Shown: positions 1 to 13,790, counted from the stretch's first letter. The stretch is 64,000 nt of DNA from Eledone cirrhosa (GCA_964016885.1 OZ024740.1:93496001-93560000); one strand, 5' to 3'. The notes: a model not told the origin generated them from the sequence alone. Numbers and translations are program-made.

Positions 1-196
1 GGCTCGCGAGTTTCGTGGATGGACGTCTTTCCGGGTAGCTGAAGGTAGACTGGTGTTTCAAAAACGCTCCTGATTTTATTTTCAACCTAAAAAGTTTCCG
101 ACTTACGCACGCAGTCTAATATTGCCTGTGTGAAGTGACCAGGTTTCTGCGCATGCGCTTTCGGTCGGTTGTCCTTCCTGTTCCTATAACCATGCC

Positions 197-245
197 CATT
201 CCGAGCTGAGGATCCACTAAGGTGAAACAATAGTTCTCGGTATGG
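197..245 (+). ncRNA. Degenerate minimal hammerhead-ribozyme-like motif (Penelope pLTR type)
   Basis: CCATT-CCGAG / CTGAGGA / TCCACTAAGGT / GAAAC-AATA-GTT / CTCGG-TATGG. Core boxes are in the correct order and stem I pairs (CCGAG:CTCGG, extended CCAT:ATGG). Stem II is weak. Confidence 0.4.
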
Positions 246-267
246 TGAACTAACTGGTGTGTAACCA

Positions 268-369
<102 letters not shown>

Positions 370-782
370 CTCCATATATTCATAAATAATAGAACTGTAA
401 CAACTTGTGTTTTAGAGACAACAATATAAACAATAAGATTTTTTTGTTGTATACTTAGGCTGTGTTTACATTCTGTGTAATTATCAAAATATATACAATG
501 TTTGTGTCGTAGCATACATTTTAATTTCATAATTAGATTAGTTTAAAATATGTTTTCATTATAATCTATAGAGCAGAAATGTGTTCAACTGCCCACTCAT
601 TTTTTTGGTTTTCATTATCATTTTCTTCACTAATGTGTATATGAAAATCATAAACACATCCCTTGCAATCTTTTATAATTTCTCTAACTATCTAAAGAAC
701 ATTATGTATGAAAGTTAACAGTGTATGTAAGTTATTTAAAAACGTAGTCAAATAATTCCTTGTCATACAGCTGTTGCCACAG

Positions 783-874
783 CTGCTACTGCTGCTGCTA
801 CTAAAACTACTTTTACTACTACTACTACTACTACTACTACTAATACTACTACTAATACTACTACTACTACTACT
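783..874. repeat. (GCT)n/(ACT)n microsatellite
   Basis: Directly visible. Confidence 0.9.
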
Positions 875-937
875 CAGATGAGGTCTACGACGCCGGCGTC
901 AATAGTGACTGTAATGGTGATATATATATATATATAT

Positions 938-3900
938 ATTTTTTTTTTCAAAATATAATTCATTAATAGAGAAAAGCAATGAAGAATGACATGATGCTGA
1001 ATAAAAACAAAACGAATATATACAAACACACACACACCGAACACAACTAAATATGGAATGATACGTGATGGGGCTCCGCCACAGCCTCGGCGGTCAGTTT
1101 GGAGAAGGCATTTCCCCGGAGGACAGCAAGGGAGACGCGCTGGAAAAGCCACTCCAACTCGCGGGGCCCACACATGCGTCTGGCCAGCTCAACACCTTTG
1201 GTAGTGAGTAGGAAGGTATCCCTAGGGGCAACGACACCAGAAGTCTCTACTGCCAGGCGTACAACAGCAAACATGTCGGAGAGCGACCGGTATTTGAGGA
1301 GTGTAGCCTCCTCAGCCCGACTTGCAGTAGAACCCGGGTTAATCGCAGACTGCACCAGGTTGCAGCTGCAAAAAGTGTCGGTGCAGGTGGCATCCCATAC
1401 GAGAGATTTACCACCGTGAAACGGGAAGATGGTCTTGCAATCTGGCCTTTTTCCGTCCACTCGGTCCATCACCACCGGCTCAAGCTGGGAAGGGAAGACT
1501 GCAGCGCCCAAGTCATGCTTTATGACCTCATTGAGGGCAGCATGGCGTGGAAGGCGGCTGGCACTGTGGCGACAGGAAAGCGGGTGGAGGCCAAAAGGGT
1601 CCACTGTTGATCCGCAGCGACATTGGTGTGGCTCGCAGATCCGAAGGCCGAGGCTTGAGTAAAACGCCAATGCACAGCCTATTATTGTCTAGCCTCGTGC
1701 CAGTGGAGAAGGAGGGGAGGGCATGGAGCCAGGCACCACTGTGGGGTTTGGAGGCCGCACGAAAACAGGCAACGGTGCTGGTGGAGTTGGCGAGTGAGCC
1801 TGCCTGTCTGCGGCCAGGCTGCACTGGATGGCATCCCACGTGCTTTGGAGGGACTTGACGTCAACAGGGGGAGAAGGAGGATGGATGTCTACTGGGCTGA
1901 GTCCCAGCCGGTCACACGTCTGACATGTGGCATCACGTTCTCTGAACACAGAGGGTTCTATTGTTTTGGAGAACCTTGCTGATGAGGACGCTGCACGAGG
2001 TTACCGACGAAAGATACGCCGGCAAAGCCAGTGACATCGGGGACGGGAGGCCAAGGCCGCATACCTGACAGGTAAAATTGCCTGTTGCCATCCAATGACG
2101 TCAAACTTGACGTTACATATCTCCTCGGCTGCTTCTCGGATACAAGTATCGAGGTTAGCGAGGAGAGATGTGTGAGTGTAGGACGGAGCGCTACGAAGTG
2201 TATACAGGAGCATCAGCATGGCGAAGCAGTTCCTCAACAGAAAAAGGGCAGGGTGGCCGTCGATCAAGCCTATTCGTGAGAGTCTGGTGTTGTTGAAGCC
2301 TGGACCTGACGGTGGAGCGCATGGCCGGCGGGTGGTTCGGTGCCCCGAAGATGAAGACATCCTCTTTAGGGGTCACCTGCACCTGGAGGAGAATGGGGAG
2401 GAGCCATGATACTCCGGGCGATGTGGTCTATAACAGGGTTAAACAGTATGGGTCCTAAAGGGCCGTCCTTTTGGACCCCAGTGGCCAAATGTATGACAGT
2501 ATCAGCAGCAAGGAGCATGCTCGGAGCTCCATACGACATGTAGGCAAGCGGGTAGGCAGGGGGGCCTCGGCTGAGGTAGGCTTCGAGCAGATGGTCCCGG
2601 CGTAAGCAGTTTAAGGCATTCCTTATGTCAAGCTTCAAAATGAGGAGCCTGGAGTCCCTGGGTGCCGGTTCCGAGGGGCAGTTTTGAAGAACTGCATGGT
2701 TGCAAGTGCGGCCTCCTCACAGCCACCGGACACGCCGACACCCAGTTGCACCGGACTGATCTTCTCACCAAGATCGGGTGTTATGGATCTGCAGAACACC
2801 TTCGCAGCCAGCCTCCTGAAGACATTGCCCACGGTGATGGAGCGTATGCCACACTCTTTCTTCCTAAAAGCGGTGAGGCTAGCCGAAACAAATAGACATC
2901 GGGCGTGAGGGTCCAGAGTCCCATGGATGACCCTATTGTTGAGCCCAAAATTGCACTCAGAAGGCGGCGCCCGGCCTCAGCGAAGAGGAGGGATAGGAGC
3001 TCCTTGAGGTGGCCTGGTCGGAGACCATCAACACTACTGCTGCTGCTAGCTGGGAAGAAGTTGATGGCGGACATTATGTCTGCATCAGAATCCACAAGGA
3101 GCAAGTGGGGGCCGGGTGGGGGTATGGTTCAGAGAACAGTGGGTGGCTCATGGTGCTTAAGTCGCAAGGCAGCCAGGGCCTCCTCAGTGGGCTAGAGGAC
3201 AGTGTCCTCAGAAGCAACCACTCTCATTGCGGCCGAGACATCACCCATGGTTAATTTAGCATTTACGCGGTCGTGAAAATGCTTAGCGCTGGCCTCAGGG
3301 GGGAGGATTGGGGGTACCCCCGAGTTGGGTGTATGGCGTCGCTGGGCACGCTTTGAATGGGCGCTTGCCCAGAGGACGAAACATTGGACTTGACGAAAGC
3401 TGCTGTCGAGTGTCAGCGCCAGAGGTGGGAGGCTGATGGCCAGTGGGGCGAAATAAGAAAGACGCTGCCAGTCGATGGCGCAATTGGGGACCAGGGCTCT
3501 TTCAATCGAAGAGGCGAGGGCATCGGCTACCTGCACTCGGGCCGCTCTAGGGATCTTGAGTGGCATCTTCCGGAGCTGCCTGAGCCGAACGATGTTAACC
3601 AGCGAGGTTTACGTGCCAGGCAAGCTCGCTGTCTCATATGGTCTTGTGCCAGACGGCCATGGCTGGGCAGACGAGGGCACTGGAGGCTCGACGTGTGAAG
3701 CCAACGCAGGTGAGCTGGGGGAAGTAGCCGAACCCCGATTAGTTCCGGCCCCTCTTCCGTCTCTTAGTGGTGCTGCAGGTGCTGCAGTTTTCGGCTTGAG
3801 GGGATGGGGGATGGGGCACCGTGCGGCATCGGGTGTGAGTGGCTGGCATGTGTGGGTGGAAGGGAAAGTGCTGGTAAGAGGGCCTCATAGCTCACCTACA

Positions 3901-4250
3901 TCATATATAGAGGCGTCAGAAGACAAGGGAGAAAAGAAGGGTGTGCATGGAGAGGGACACACAAGAGGGTAGAGTGTTAACAATTAAATAAATGAATGAA
4001 TGGATGAATGTACAAAAGAAAATAAACAAAAACAAATGGTTGGGGGAGAAAACAGGGGGTTCAACTCTCGACTTACGAAAGGATTCGTATAATTGAAGCC
4101 GTGTGTTACTGTTTAGCATAGAGCTACGGCCCTCCACGCCACTGGCCCATATCTCGCCGAGGACAACCCTGTCCTTTAACCCCACGGAGCCGACAAAACA
4201 AAGCACAAGCAATGCGATGGGACAATCGCTGTATAGTTGTTGTTTTCTTG
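938..4250 (-). mobile_element. Decayed CRE-like non-LTR retrotransposon (RT + CCHC + restriction-like endonuclease), frameshifted
   Basis: Minus-strand ORF pieces: GNVFRRLAAK..QLGVGVSGGCE, KLDIRNALNCLRRD, GVQKDGPLGPILF (RT); HSGAWLHALP; CRCG..D..GLHPLSC, RHAALN, DGKRPD, LVWDATCTDT (zinc finger + RLE). T-run at 938-948 is a poly(A) tail on the minus strand. The 5' boundary is approximate. Confidence 0.82.
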
Positions 4251-4699
4251 AAGCCTGATCGACGCCGGTGGTGGTGGATGGTGGCAGTGATAGTGGTGGC
4301 AATTGAAGTTGTTATTGTTGTTGTTCCTCTTGATGTTCATATCATTCTGAAGCTGCTGCTGAAAATTTAAGCCTGTGCGTTTATGTAATATTTCGCAGTG
4401 GTAAATCCACAGTAAAATCAGAAATTGGGAGTTTGTGTAAATTAAATGGTACGACGGTTCAGTTATATTCAAATATTGTAAGCACGTCTATTGAGAATAT
4501 CGTTGAGAAGTATACGATAATGTAAACAAATATTTATATCCCAGACAGAAATGTTAATTTCCCCTTCTATATACTCTTTGGAGGAGTGGATCCCGTCCTA
4601 GGAAAGATCTCCGAGAGATGTGTATTACACGCTGTGTCCCGCAGCAATGCCTTCAGCATCTTGTCCGTGGAATTGGTAGGGTGATGAGGAAATAACCTT

Positions 4700-7265
4700 T
4701 CTCTCAATTGATTTATGTAAGGTTTCAGTAGGTATTATTTTATGTAACGATATTTATGTATATATTTAAAACATATTTGTTGGAGTTTTTCAATCCGTTT
4801 GTTTAATGTACTTCTCAAGATGTTTTTTGTTTTTTTTCAAACACTCACTTTTATTGGTATTACCATCAACCTTTTCAGAGACCACGAATGCTTAAGAACT
4901 CAAACAAACCTGTCATATTTATGAATTGTTGTTCCTACTTCATCGCATACCTTGTTATCAGCTGACAATATTATATCTATGATCCAACACTGTTTGATGT
5001 GTTTTTTTTCTCAATTACTACTATACTTTGTCTCCTATAATCAATTTCATTGTCACACTGAATTACAAATCCCCGCAGTATTTTTCCATCAACATTTTCG
5101 CTAAGGTTTCAATGTTTTGTTTGTATCACTTTTCTGCTCTGTCAAGTGCATACTTTCCAGCGAATGGCCAGATGATTACCCTTGTTGCGTTGTCGTGACG
5201 TCTTGCATATTCTTACTGAGTTAGTTGCGGGCATTAGCTGGTAACATACCATATAGTCTCTCATTTCATGTCACAAATTATACAATTATCACTTTCTGAT
5301 GCGTGTTGTAATCTATGATTCATGTAGTTAGTTCTAAACGCTTGTTCTTGGGCAGCACAGATTAAGGCTACTATTTCCGGTGTTAGATCATTATAACGAT
5401 CAATAACCACCTTTTTTCTCTGTCAGTCCTATCTTCAGCAACGTTATGGAATTGTCTATACATTGTAAGTGGGTGTACGTTGAGATGCGTGGTGTGTATG
5501 GGATGTGTAGAAGAATGATGGAAAGAGTATAAAGGATAAAATGAAACGTGTCTATACATTATGTTAACCTGCCCAACTATTTTCAGTTTCATGCATTTTC
5601 AAATGCTTGTAATATGATATTTGTTCTTACTTCCAGCAAAAATGAGTATGTGTGTTGTATCATGTACCATGGCATTTAATTGTTATATTTCAAATTCTGT
5701 CTTCGTACCTCATCGGTCCACTTCCTCCTCTTTTTATTGGTACATATAATCTTTATATGTCACATTTTGGGTGAAGTAACCTTTATGTATTCACGATCGT
5801 TCGTGTCTTTTTGTCTAAACTGATTAGCTCTTCTTTTTGCTTCAACATCTCTATTGATTATAGCACGAACCCCTCAATGCTTTAAATCCTGCCTCTTTTC
5901 AAGATTAATACAATACGCTTTTTTAATCTAAACTCTATTTTGACATCATCACTAAATATATACACCATATCAACGTGGGAACCAAGCTAGGACACATTCT
6001 ACCATAAAACTTGCAATCGTCCACGAATAATTCGTGGTGCAATGTTTGCTGGTGACTTTTAAAATCAGAAGCAGCCTTAACCGTACTGAAAACCATTGTC
6101 AGTGGTATCATGCACCATATAAACATCAGTTGTGATAAGCTGTTACCGTTGAATATACCTCTCTAGATTTCTATTGTTCCTAAATGTATTCCATATGCTG
6201 TGAGATCAGTCTTCCTTTCTGTCATACTTTTCCTTATGAATCGCTCAACATTTAGTGCATTATCAAAACATTTTACGCTTTCAATAATCCAGGAGTGCAA
6301 AATCATATCATAAGTTTTGCCGTAATCGATCCACGCCATGGGCACGTTATTTTTCTTCCTCTTCCTATCTTCGAGTATTGTTTCACCCATCAAAAGCTTG
6401 TCCTTGGTACCTCCGAACTTACGCTTGCATTATTTCTGTTCATCTGGTAGAAATCCATTTTCTTCAAGATATCCGTTCATTGATTATGTGGTTATTCCAG
6501 TCAATAATTTCTACTTAGATGGTAGACATTGTATCGGTCTATAGCTGGCTACAGCATTCACTTTAGTGATGTCATTTAAGGACATAACTCTTCTGCCCTT
6601 GTAAGTCAATCCAGGATGACTTGGTCAGCATTTAGCAGTATTCGTTCATGGCATTCATCCACTAGCCTTGAAATACATATATTCTCGTAGACTTCCAATT
6701 ACCCAACTTTTTCTGTTTTCGTTCATACTTTTAGCTGAACTGACAAATTATGCCTGTTGATGGCAAGATGTTTGCTTGAGTTCATCTAACCCTTCGGCGT
6801 ACTATTTTGATCCATATCCTCACGACAAATGTTGCTCCAAAACATTTTACTTTCAACGTTATCCGGCATAATCATTTCGTCCGAACACTCTACAATTATT
6901 TCTCGGTAAATTTATGTTTGCATACTCTGGGGAGATTATTTTGCTGAAATTGATTTCGTCTTTGTTCGTATGAAACCGATCTAAACTTTTTATACAATGA
7001 GACATTGGTAGGTTTTCTTCATTACTACTTTTAGGCATTTTCTGTCAATGCTATCATTTCTGTCCAAAGATCTGTATTCTTTTTTTCATTGCTAAGCTCC
7101 TTACACTGTGTCGTTTTTTTAATCTCTGTTATTGTCTTTCTTTGCATTGGTATCAACATCTTCTGCTATAAGAATGCTTGCTGAATTTTTAAGGTCATTT
7201 GATTTTGTGATGTTATTTGGTTTGATTTATTCCAGAACTTCATTCACCATATATGTTTCTTGTCT
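4700..7265 (-). mobile_element. Old, heavily decayed R4/Dong-clade non-LTR retrotransposon
   Basis: PMAWIDYGKTYDMILHSW (6163-6393) and ELFVDDCKFY (5935-6126) match the R4/Dong RT pattern in the younger copy at 34780-38385. Many stops; boundaries approximate. Confidence 0.75.
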
Positions 7266-7269
7266 CATC

Positions 7270-7582
7270 TTTCATATGTCAAACTTCTTTAGGTTGTACC
7301 ACTCCTTGATATAAGTTTTACCTATGGCATCATTACCAAATGCCTGCTGAACCTTCTGGATTATTTGAACTGGTGTATCACCAAGCGTTTGGCAAATGTT
7401 GATGTGAAATATCTGCTCGACGCGTTCCCTCGCAAGCTGACATTTCTCGCTGTCTACCGGCACATAAATCTATACTCATGCGAACAATGGGTGGCCGCGC
7501 AAAGGAAAAATTCTGCCGATGTAGCATTATTTGTGGTGTGAGAAAATGTAAGTCCCATACTTTTTTTTTAATACAACACCTA
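7270..7582 (-). mobile_element. Mariner-like DNA transposon 5' fragment (TIR-like end + N-terminal HTH)
   Basis: ERVEQIFHINICQTLGDTPVQIIQKVQQAFGNDAIGKTYIKEWYN resembles the mariner transposase N-terminus. TIR-like sequence at ~7547-7582. Confidence 0.7.
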
Positions 7583-8120
7583 CACATATTTATGCATATA
7601 TATCGTGATATGAGTACATGTGCCCCTCTGGCGTGTGTAATTGTGTTTGTATGTGCTTCTATTTTTTTCTTTTGGATCCGACAATGTATACTACAGCAAT
7701 GATCATTTTATAATATATGGAAAATTTGAAATTATTTAATTTAGCCACACATTCAATATTCATCACTTATTTTTATATGGGACGGCTGATATGATCATGG
7801 TGAATTTATTGTCAGAGGCAATTAAGCGTAACGTTTTTAAGCCGTCACCTAATTGCATTTTGCTGTTCATCCAAAATATTTCCATTCATGATAATCTGTC
7901 TCAGAATATTTCACAAAATACAAGCTATAATTAAATACAACAAAGTGTATCAAAAAGGATTTTTCGTGTTTGTTTTAATTGTTTGTGATAGACGCATTTA
8001 TTAATATTTCACAATTAACTTTTTTTTTTGTAATTTATATTCATTCATTTATTCATTACTTAATATTAACATGAAATAACCAATTAAGGATTTACTTTAA
8101 CGAAAATAACATCAACGAAA

Positions 8121-8208
8121 ATAATAATAACAATTATAATAATAATAACTGTTTCATTTATTGGCCAGAAGGACCGACATATAAGGGGAGATACAACGAC
8201 AGGGACAC
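8121..8208 (-). mobile_element. Extremely 5'-truncated 3' end of the Tx1-like B family in an (AAT)n tract
   Basis: TTTCATTTATTGGCCAGAAGGACCGACATATAAGGGGAG..CAGGGACA aligns with the intact element's 3' terminus at 44541-44598 and is preceded by AAT repeats. Confidence 0.75.
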
Positions 8209-8429
8209 ACCATTATCTCCGTAGAAAGAACTTGGAGTAGATCAACCTCTCACACATCAGCGGCTGCTGAGTTCTGGGCCTAAGAGAGAGAGTAAGGACT
8301 TCATTTTTCTTGCACAGGAACAGTGCTTCCGAACGGGCATCTTTCCTTTCAATATTATTAGAAATGGAATTGAACAAATGTGTCGATTCTGTGATGAGCA
8401 TGCAAAGTATTAGCTATTTAGGAATATAA

Positions 8430-8825
8430 CAACGGGCTCGATAGGATGGGGAAATACATAGACTGTGTTGGTGTTACGGTCTGAACACGGAGGAAAATTG
8501 GTATAACCATAATCCAGATTCAGTAACAGGAGGGGAGAACGTAACAATCATCTGGGTGTTTCTTGACAATACTGACAGGAAAATCAAAGACTATAACGAG
8601 AATATACTCTAATTGACATGAACATTCCATCAAATCTATGAATTGAAATTGAGAAAATGTGGCATCTTAAGGCCTATATTGTACCAGTGATAATCGGCAC
8701 ACCTGGAATGATAGGAAAGTGTACAGTATGATATTTGGATTGGATACCATCGCTGGAAGAGATAGAGAAAATAATGCCGAATGATATTGTCTTTTTCCTG
8801 AAAATGGCATTATCAATTTAAAAAC
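8430..8825 (+). mobile_element. Decayed R4/Dong-like endonuclease-domain fragment
   Basis: Manual translation: WYNHNPDSVTGGENVTIIW..TDRKIK..EIEKMWHLKAYIVPVIIG. Confidence 0.65.
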
Positions 8826-9099
8826 TCGCAAAGATATTTACTGTTGTTTGTAGCCATGTGGCCTCATTTGAATGTCAATATGATTTTTAAATGTGCGTAT
8901 TATCAAATTTTGCATCTGCTGACAGGATGACACTCAGTGTGATTTGGGCAAGAAGCGGAATTGAAGAGGAGATGCAAATAAAAATAGAATTACTGATATT
9001 TATTTTTTTATTGGACACGAACATCTACTCAAAGTTAACAATTAAAAAAACAGTAACGCTTGAGGTTCACAAACCATCGTGTAAAATAATTTCCCTGCA

Positions 9100-10250
9100 A
9101 AATAAATAATAATATATACCACAAATAAAAGGGGTTACCACCCAGTGACTATTTAGGAAGGCCAAAAATCATAAAATGACATAATATCCAAGAGGACACT
9201 ACGAGTGCACCCCTCCTCTTGATAAATTAGCAACCTAAATGCGCATGATACAAATAGGCTTATGCACATTTTAGAAAATGTTAAGCGGTGGCATTCCTCT
9301 ATGTACTATCATTTTCCGGGCTTGACGGAAGCGAAATGTTCAGTATAAATTACATTCAGCTTCAACCACCACACAACAAGTTTGCTACGGATATTAGACA
9401 GAGGAAATTTGCGAGCACTTCTAGGCAATAAAAAGGAAATGGGATGGGTGATCTTCAGGATTGTCTCAGTTGATAGACCTGGTATAAGTGATACTAGCAG
9501 TTCAATAAATCGCCACAAGTCTGTAATCTACGAGCAATATTTAAGTGCGTGGATAGTTGTTTCGACACTCTGCTTTTTAGATAAATCCAACTGTCTGTAG
9601 ATTTAGTATCAAACAAGCAGTGCCTCCTGATTGCATAGCCAAGTGAGGGATTTCTGAATAATTTCCATAGTACATTGGTTGCACTCCCATAGTCCCCCGA
9701 AGGTTCTCTGCAGTAATTACATCAATGACGTATCAAGCGTGTTATCTGGAACAGTTCCGATAGAAGCCATTTGCATGTGAACACCAAGCAGATGCAGCTT
9801 CTAACCATGCAGCCTTCGAAGACGTGAGTAAAGCTGAATACTTTGGGGGTTGGGTCAAGCTAAAGCTGGTTGAACCTAAGACAGCTTTCGGTTGATTCAA
9901 ATTGATCAGAGCCCCATTGAAACAATGTTTATATCCTACACTCACTCTAATAAATTACAGGAAGTGGAGGTTGTCCTGTACAAATCTTTTCAGGCATCTT
10001 ACAATATTCGTCTCAGCCTCCAGGATTTCGACGACAAGCGCCAACCTCTATACTATGAAATCTGTAATTCTGTTCATAGCGGTGTCGTTGGCCCAAAGTT
10101 ATATAAAACATAGTTCATGAACATGTGTTTCCTCAGCCGAGTTATTACTCATCATCACTATATTTCCACATTCGCGAAATTCCGTCGGTTCTTGTCTGAG
10201 AGGTAGAATGCCTAAGCAGGTTGTAGGTCTTTTAAACTCCTTTCCCTTAT
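9100..10250 (-). mobile_element. Ancient, internally deleted copy of the Tx1-like family
   Basis: RLALVVEILEAE..DNLHFL..VGYKHCFNGALINLNQPKA (cf. VGCKPGFGGALINLDQSKA); RTFGG..TMEIIQKSLTW..ETTIHALKYC..DLWRFIELLVS..LSTETILKI (cf. ORF2 C-terminus); 9207-9258 aligns with the stop/3'UTR region at 44763-44816. Confidence 0.75.
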
Positions 10251-10360
10251 CTGCTCATCTCATATTCACCCGGTGTACGCATGTAATACCATTTCAGTCA
10301 CCGCCTTTAATGGCATAGATGGCAACTAATATCAACGCAGGACTGTCACTCTCAGCCACG

Positions 10361-10446
10361 TTCTTCTTCTTCTTCTTCTTCTTCTTCTTCTTCTTCTTCT
10401 TCTTCTTCTTCTTCTTCTTCTTCTTCTTCTTCTTCTTCTTCTTCTT
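10361..10446. repeat. (TTC)n microsatellite
   Basis: Directly visible. Confidence 0.97.
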
Positions 10447-10449
10447 TGT

Positions 10450-11150
10450 AGAATTGGCTTGTTAGAATTTGCAAGCGACAGGGTATTGTTTAACTCGAGT
10501 GAAAGTAATATCCGACTAGCACTTGGTAGGTTTGACGCAGAGTGCTGCATGTCTGCAATGGAAATCAGTGATTCGAAAACTAAGAGATTCTTCCTCTCAA
10601 GAAATCCTGCGCTATGAAATCTACATGTGAATGGACTTCTATTGAAGAAGGTGGAAGTGTTCAGATAACTCGAGGCAGGCATCTGGAGGGAAGGAAAGCA
10701 GGAGGAAAAAATTATCTGCAAGAATGCAGGAGTTGCTATTAATTGCAAATATGCTATTTTCAGAATCCAGTATTCAGATGAAGGTAGGTGTCAATGCGCA
10801 ACTCGCTGTAGTCAATACAGTATTCGGGCCCACCCTTATTTATGGTAATGGATCTTGTGTAATAACCAAACTATTACGATGCGAATACAAGAAACCGAAT
10901 TAGGTTTCTTCCCAGGGTTGCTGGAGTAATATTACTCGATAAAATGCGTAGTTCGGGTATCAGAGTGTCGCTCGAGTGACAAACACTACTTCTCCGAATT
11001 GACTGATTACAGCTCCGATACTATGCACATGTGATTAGAATGCCTCGGTAATTAAACGCTGGACAGACTTTACGGATAAAACCAACAGGGAAGTGACTCA
11101 GGACTAGAACACGAGGTTGGCTAGTCTCACTTGGGGATCCAGAAAGAAGA
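10450..11150 (+). mobile_element. Decayed RTE-clade (Rex3/Expander-like) LINE 3' fragment
   Basis: Manual translation: MEISDSKTK..HVNGLLLKKVEVFR and RFLPRVAGVILLDKMRSSGIRVSLE..LLLRID.LQLRYYAHVIRMPR. Confidence 0.65.
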
Positions 11151-12749
11151 ATTATTATCATTCCCGACTCTCATTGTTGAGGTGGCTTTCCAGTCATCCA
11201 GGAAAACCTTCATTCACGTATCATCAAGGGTATAACTTACTTTTTCTATTAACGGGGTTTTAACATCCCAGGCCGAATGTTATCCTTCCTAGTGGCATTG
11301 CCTTATCTGCGGTCTTTAAATTGTCTCCAGTCCTTAGCCTCCGAGTGATTAATCATCCGTCCCTGATGCAAATTATGCACACCAGAAAATGCTGTTGTGG
11401 TTTGTTTTAATTTTTCATAATTATTTATTAAATTCTCTATATTATTGCGCCATAACAAAGTAAACAGCTCGCTGTGTTGGAGTGGTTTTCATGTTGCTGG
11501 TGACGGCTTTCATTTTCCTTGAATCTGTGTCATTCATTTATTAACTTTATGTTTGTCTCGATTTCTGTCTGGTTTATCAACCCAGGGCTTAACATGCAAG
11601 CTAGTTAGTTAGCTGCTTTCTTATTGTTATCGTTGTCACTGTTACTGCAACTAAGTTTGTATTTGTTGTTGTTTTATTTGCTACTGTTGCTAATGTTGTT
11701 GTTATTTTTAGTATGGAGGGTGCGTGTTTGATGATCCTTTTAATGATGCCGGTGACTGATGATGATTACGCTGTTTTTGGTAACACTTAGACTCATGTCT
11801 GAAACGTTGTAAATGCAGATGTTTTTTTCTCATTTAAAACTAGTTAACGTTTATGGCTGGATATGTGTGGTAACATACATTTTTTGATTTTAAAATATTT
11901 TGGCGTAATTTGTGATTAAATTTACAAATATTATGATGTCAACTAACATTAGGACAATGCATGGTGCACTATTAAAGGATTGTAATACAATTCTAACAAT
12001 AAAATGTTTTTGAAACAAAAATGCAACACATTTACTAGAGCTGACTCGTACGTTTTATAGCCTACCAAAGACAAATAATAATAATAACATTTATGTTATT
12101 ACATAAATGTGTTCGGATATCGAGTTATCTATTATGAACATAAAGTTTATGAAATTACTGTCTACGTTTCAGAGCATATGAACCAACATCTTTCCGATCC
12201 GTTATAATTTAGTCACTCAAACACATAGACACCTCCCATACCAGTACTAATTTTAATTTGAGGTGTTTTATTTTAGTTGAAATTGTAAGATTTCAAAACG
12301 CAACACATAACGGTGACATTAAATGATTTCGAAAAAAAAATAGTTCAGCAGTTTATATATTTTGTTAGCCAAACATGTATTGAATTACAAATCTTTATAA
12401 GGATATTGCTAAGATTACCCTGGGAAAATATATCATTAAATATGTTGAGGTGAAATCTTTTTTAAATGAATAAAATATAACGTAAATATTAAATAAGATA
12501 TATTTCTGCTGCAATAGAATGAAAGTGGTAAACATATGCAGCAAGCAAAATGTGTACAGAAAAATAAATATGTATCAAAGATACATTTATAAGAAGAGAT
12601 TTTTATTCTAAATTAAAAAAATAATATAAAAAAGTGTCAATGTTTTAAATCTAAAATATAGTCACATTCAATGTTATTTTGAATTAGGATGGAGAAAAAG
12701 CATTAAAGATACATGATTAAGAAACTATTAATATTGACAGTAAGTGAAG

Positions 12750-12970
12750 GGCGGTGGATTGGCAGTATCGGTAGAGAGTCGGACGCCATGCTTTCCAGCA
12801 AAGAGTTACGGTCCTTTATGATCTGAGAACAAATTCCGCTGAGGTTAACTTGGACTTTCATCCTCACGGGGTCGATAAAATAAAGTACCTGTCACGCACT
12901 GGGGTCGATTTAATCGACTTTCCCCTCCCCCAAAATCACTGGCCTTGTGCCTATATAAGATACCAATATT
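12750..12970 (+). mobile_element. Full-length tRNA-derived SINE, long variant (octopus-type; Meta-domain-like core)
   Basis: A-box TGGCAGTATCGG, decayed B-box, core CTTTCATCC..GGGGTCGATAAAATAAAGTACC, 3' CTGGCCTTGTGCC. Keeps a GGGGTCGATTTAATCGACTTTCCCCTCCCCC segment that the other copies lack. Confidence 0.85.
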
Positions 12971-13713
12971 GAAAGTTGGTAAAGAAAAAACATTATTTAC
13001 TCTAATACAGCTTAGGTTAGAAACAGTATGAACAATCACTCTCAGCGTGTGCTCATGGGAATCTTTCGCACCGATCTCATCACAAATCATACACTATCAA
13101 TGCTGCACGTTGTCATTCCAGGTTTACCCCAATCTAAATTTATTTTGAAGCAAAATTCCATTCAAATATATTTCAGTTACTAAACTAAAAGAAACATACA
13201 CGTGGGAAGTTTCTGGAAATGAAATCATCACGCGATTATGGGATATACCTATCTATATAGACTTATGAAAAAACAATTACAACGATTCGATATCTAAACA
13301 ATTAAAATAAAATTCAGAATGAATGAACATTCAAACATCTGAAACTGCATATCTGCTGCATATTTAAACGGTAGCATCAATGTTGAAGTTGTAAACTACA
13401 CTCGATTCAAGAATATCAACAATAATACGCTTACAAAGTTCACATTTATACATTCATCCCCATATGCTATATTTGCGATCTACGGAAAGCAAAGTAAATA
13501 CTTTGCTTAATTTGCCTGAAACGTCAACACGTATTAGCTTCTGTTTCTGAAGCAGGTGTCAAAATGCATATGTTCTAACTGAAATTCAATTCTGTGAATA
13601 TGCCGTTTTATGATTAACACTGTCATTATAACCACCCTCACATGCATGGCCACACACAAAAGCACAAACACTCACACACTCACACACAAACACATACATA
13701 CACACAAGCACAG

Positions 13714-13755
<42 letters not shown>

Positions 13756-13790
13756 TAATGTTAATAATAACAAAAACAACAAAAACAACC

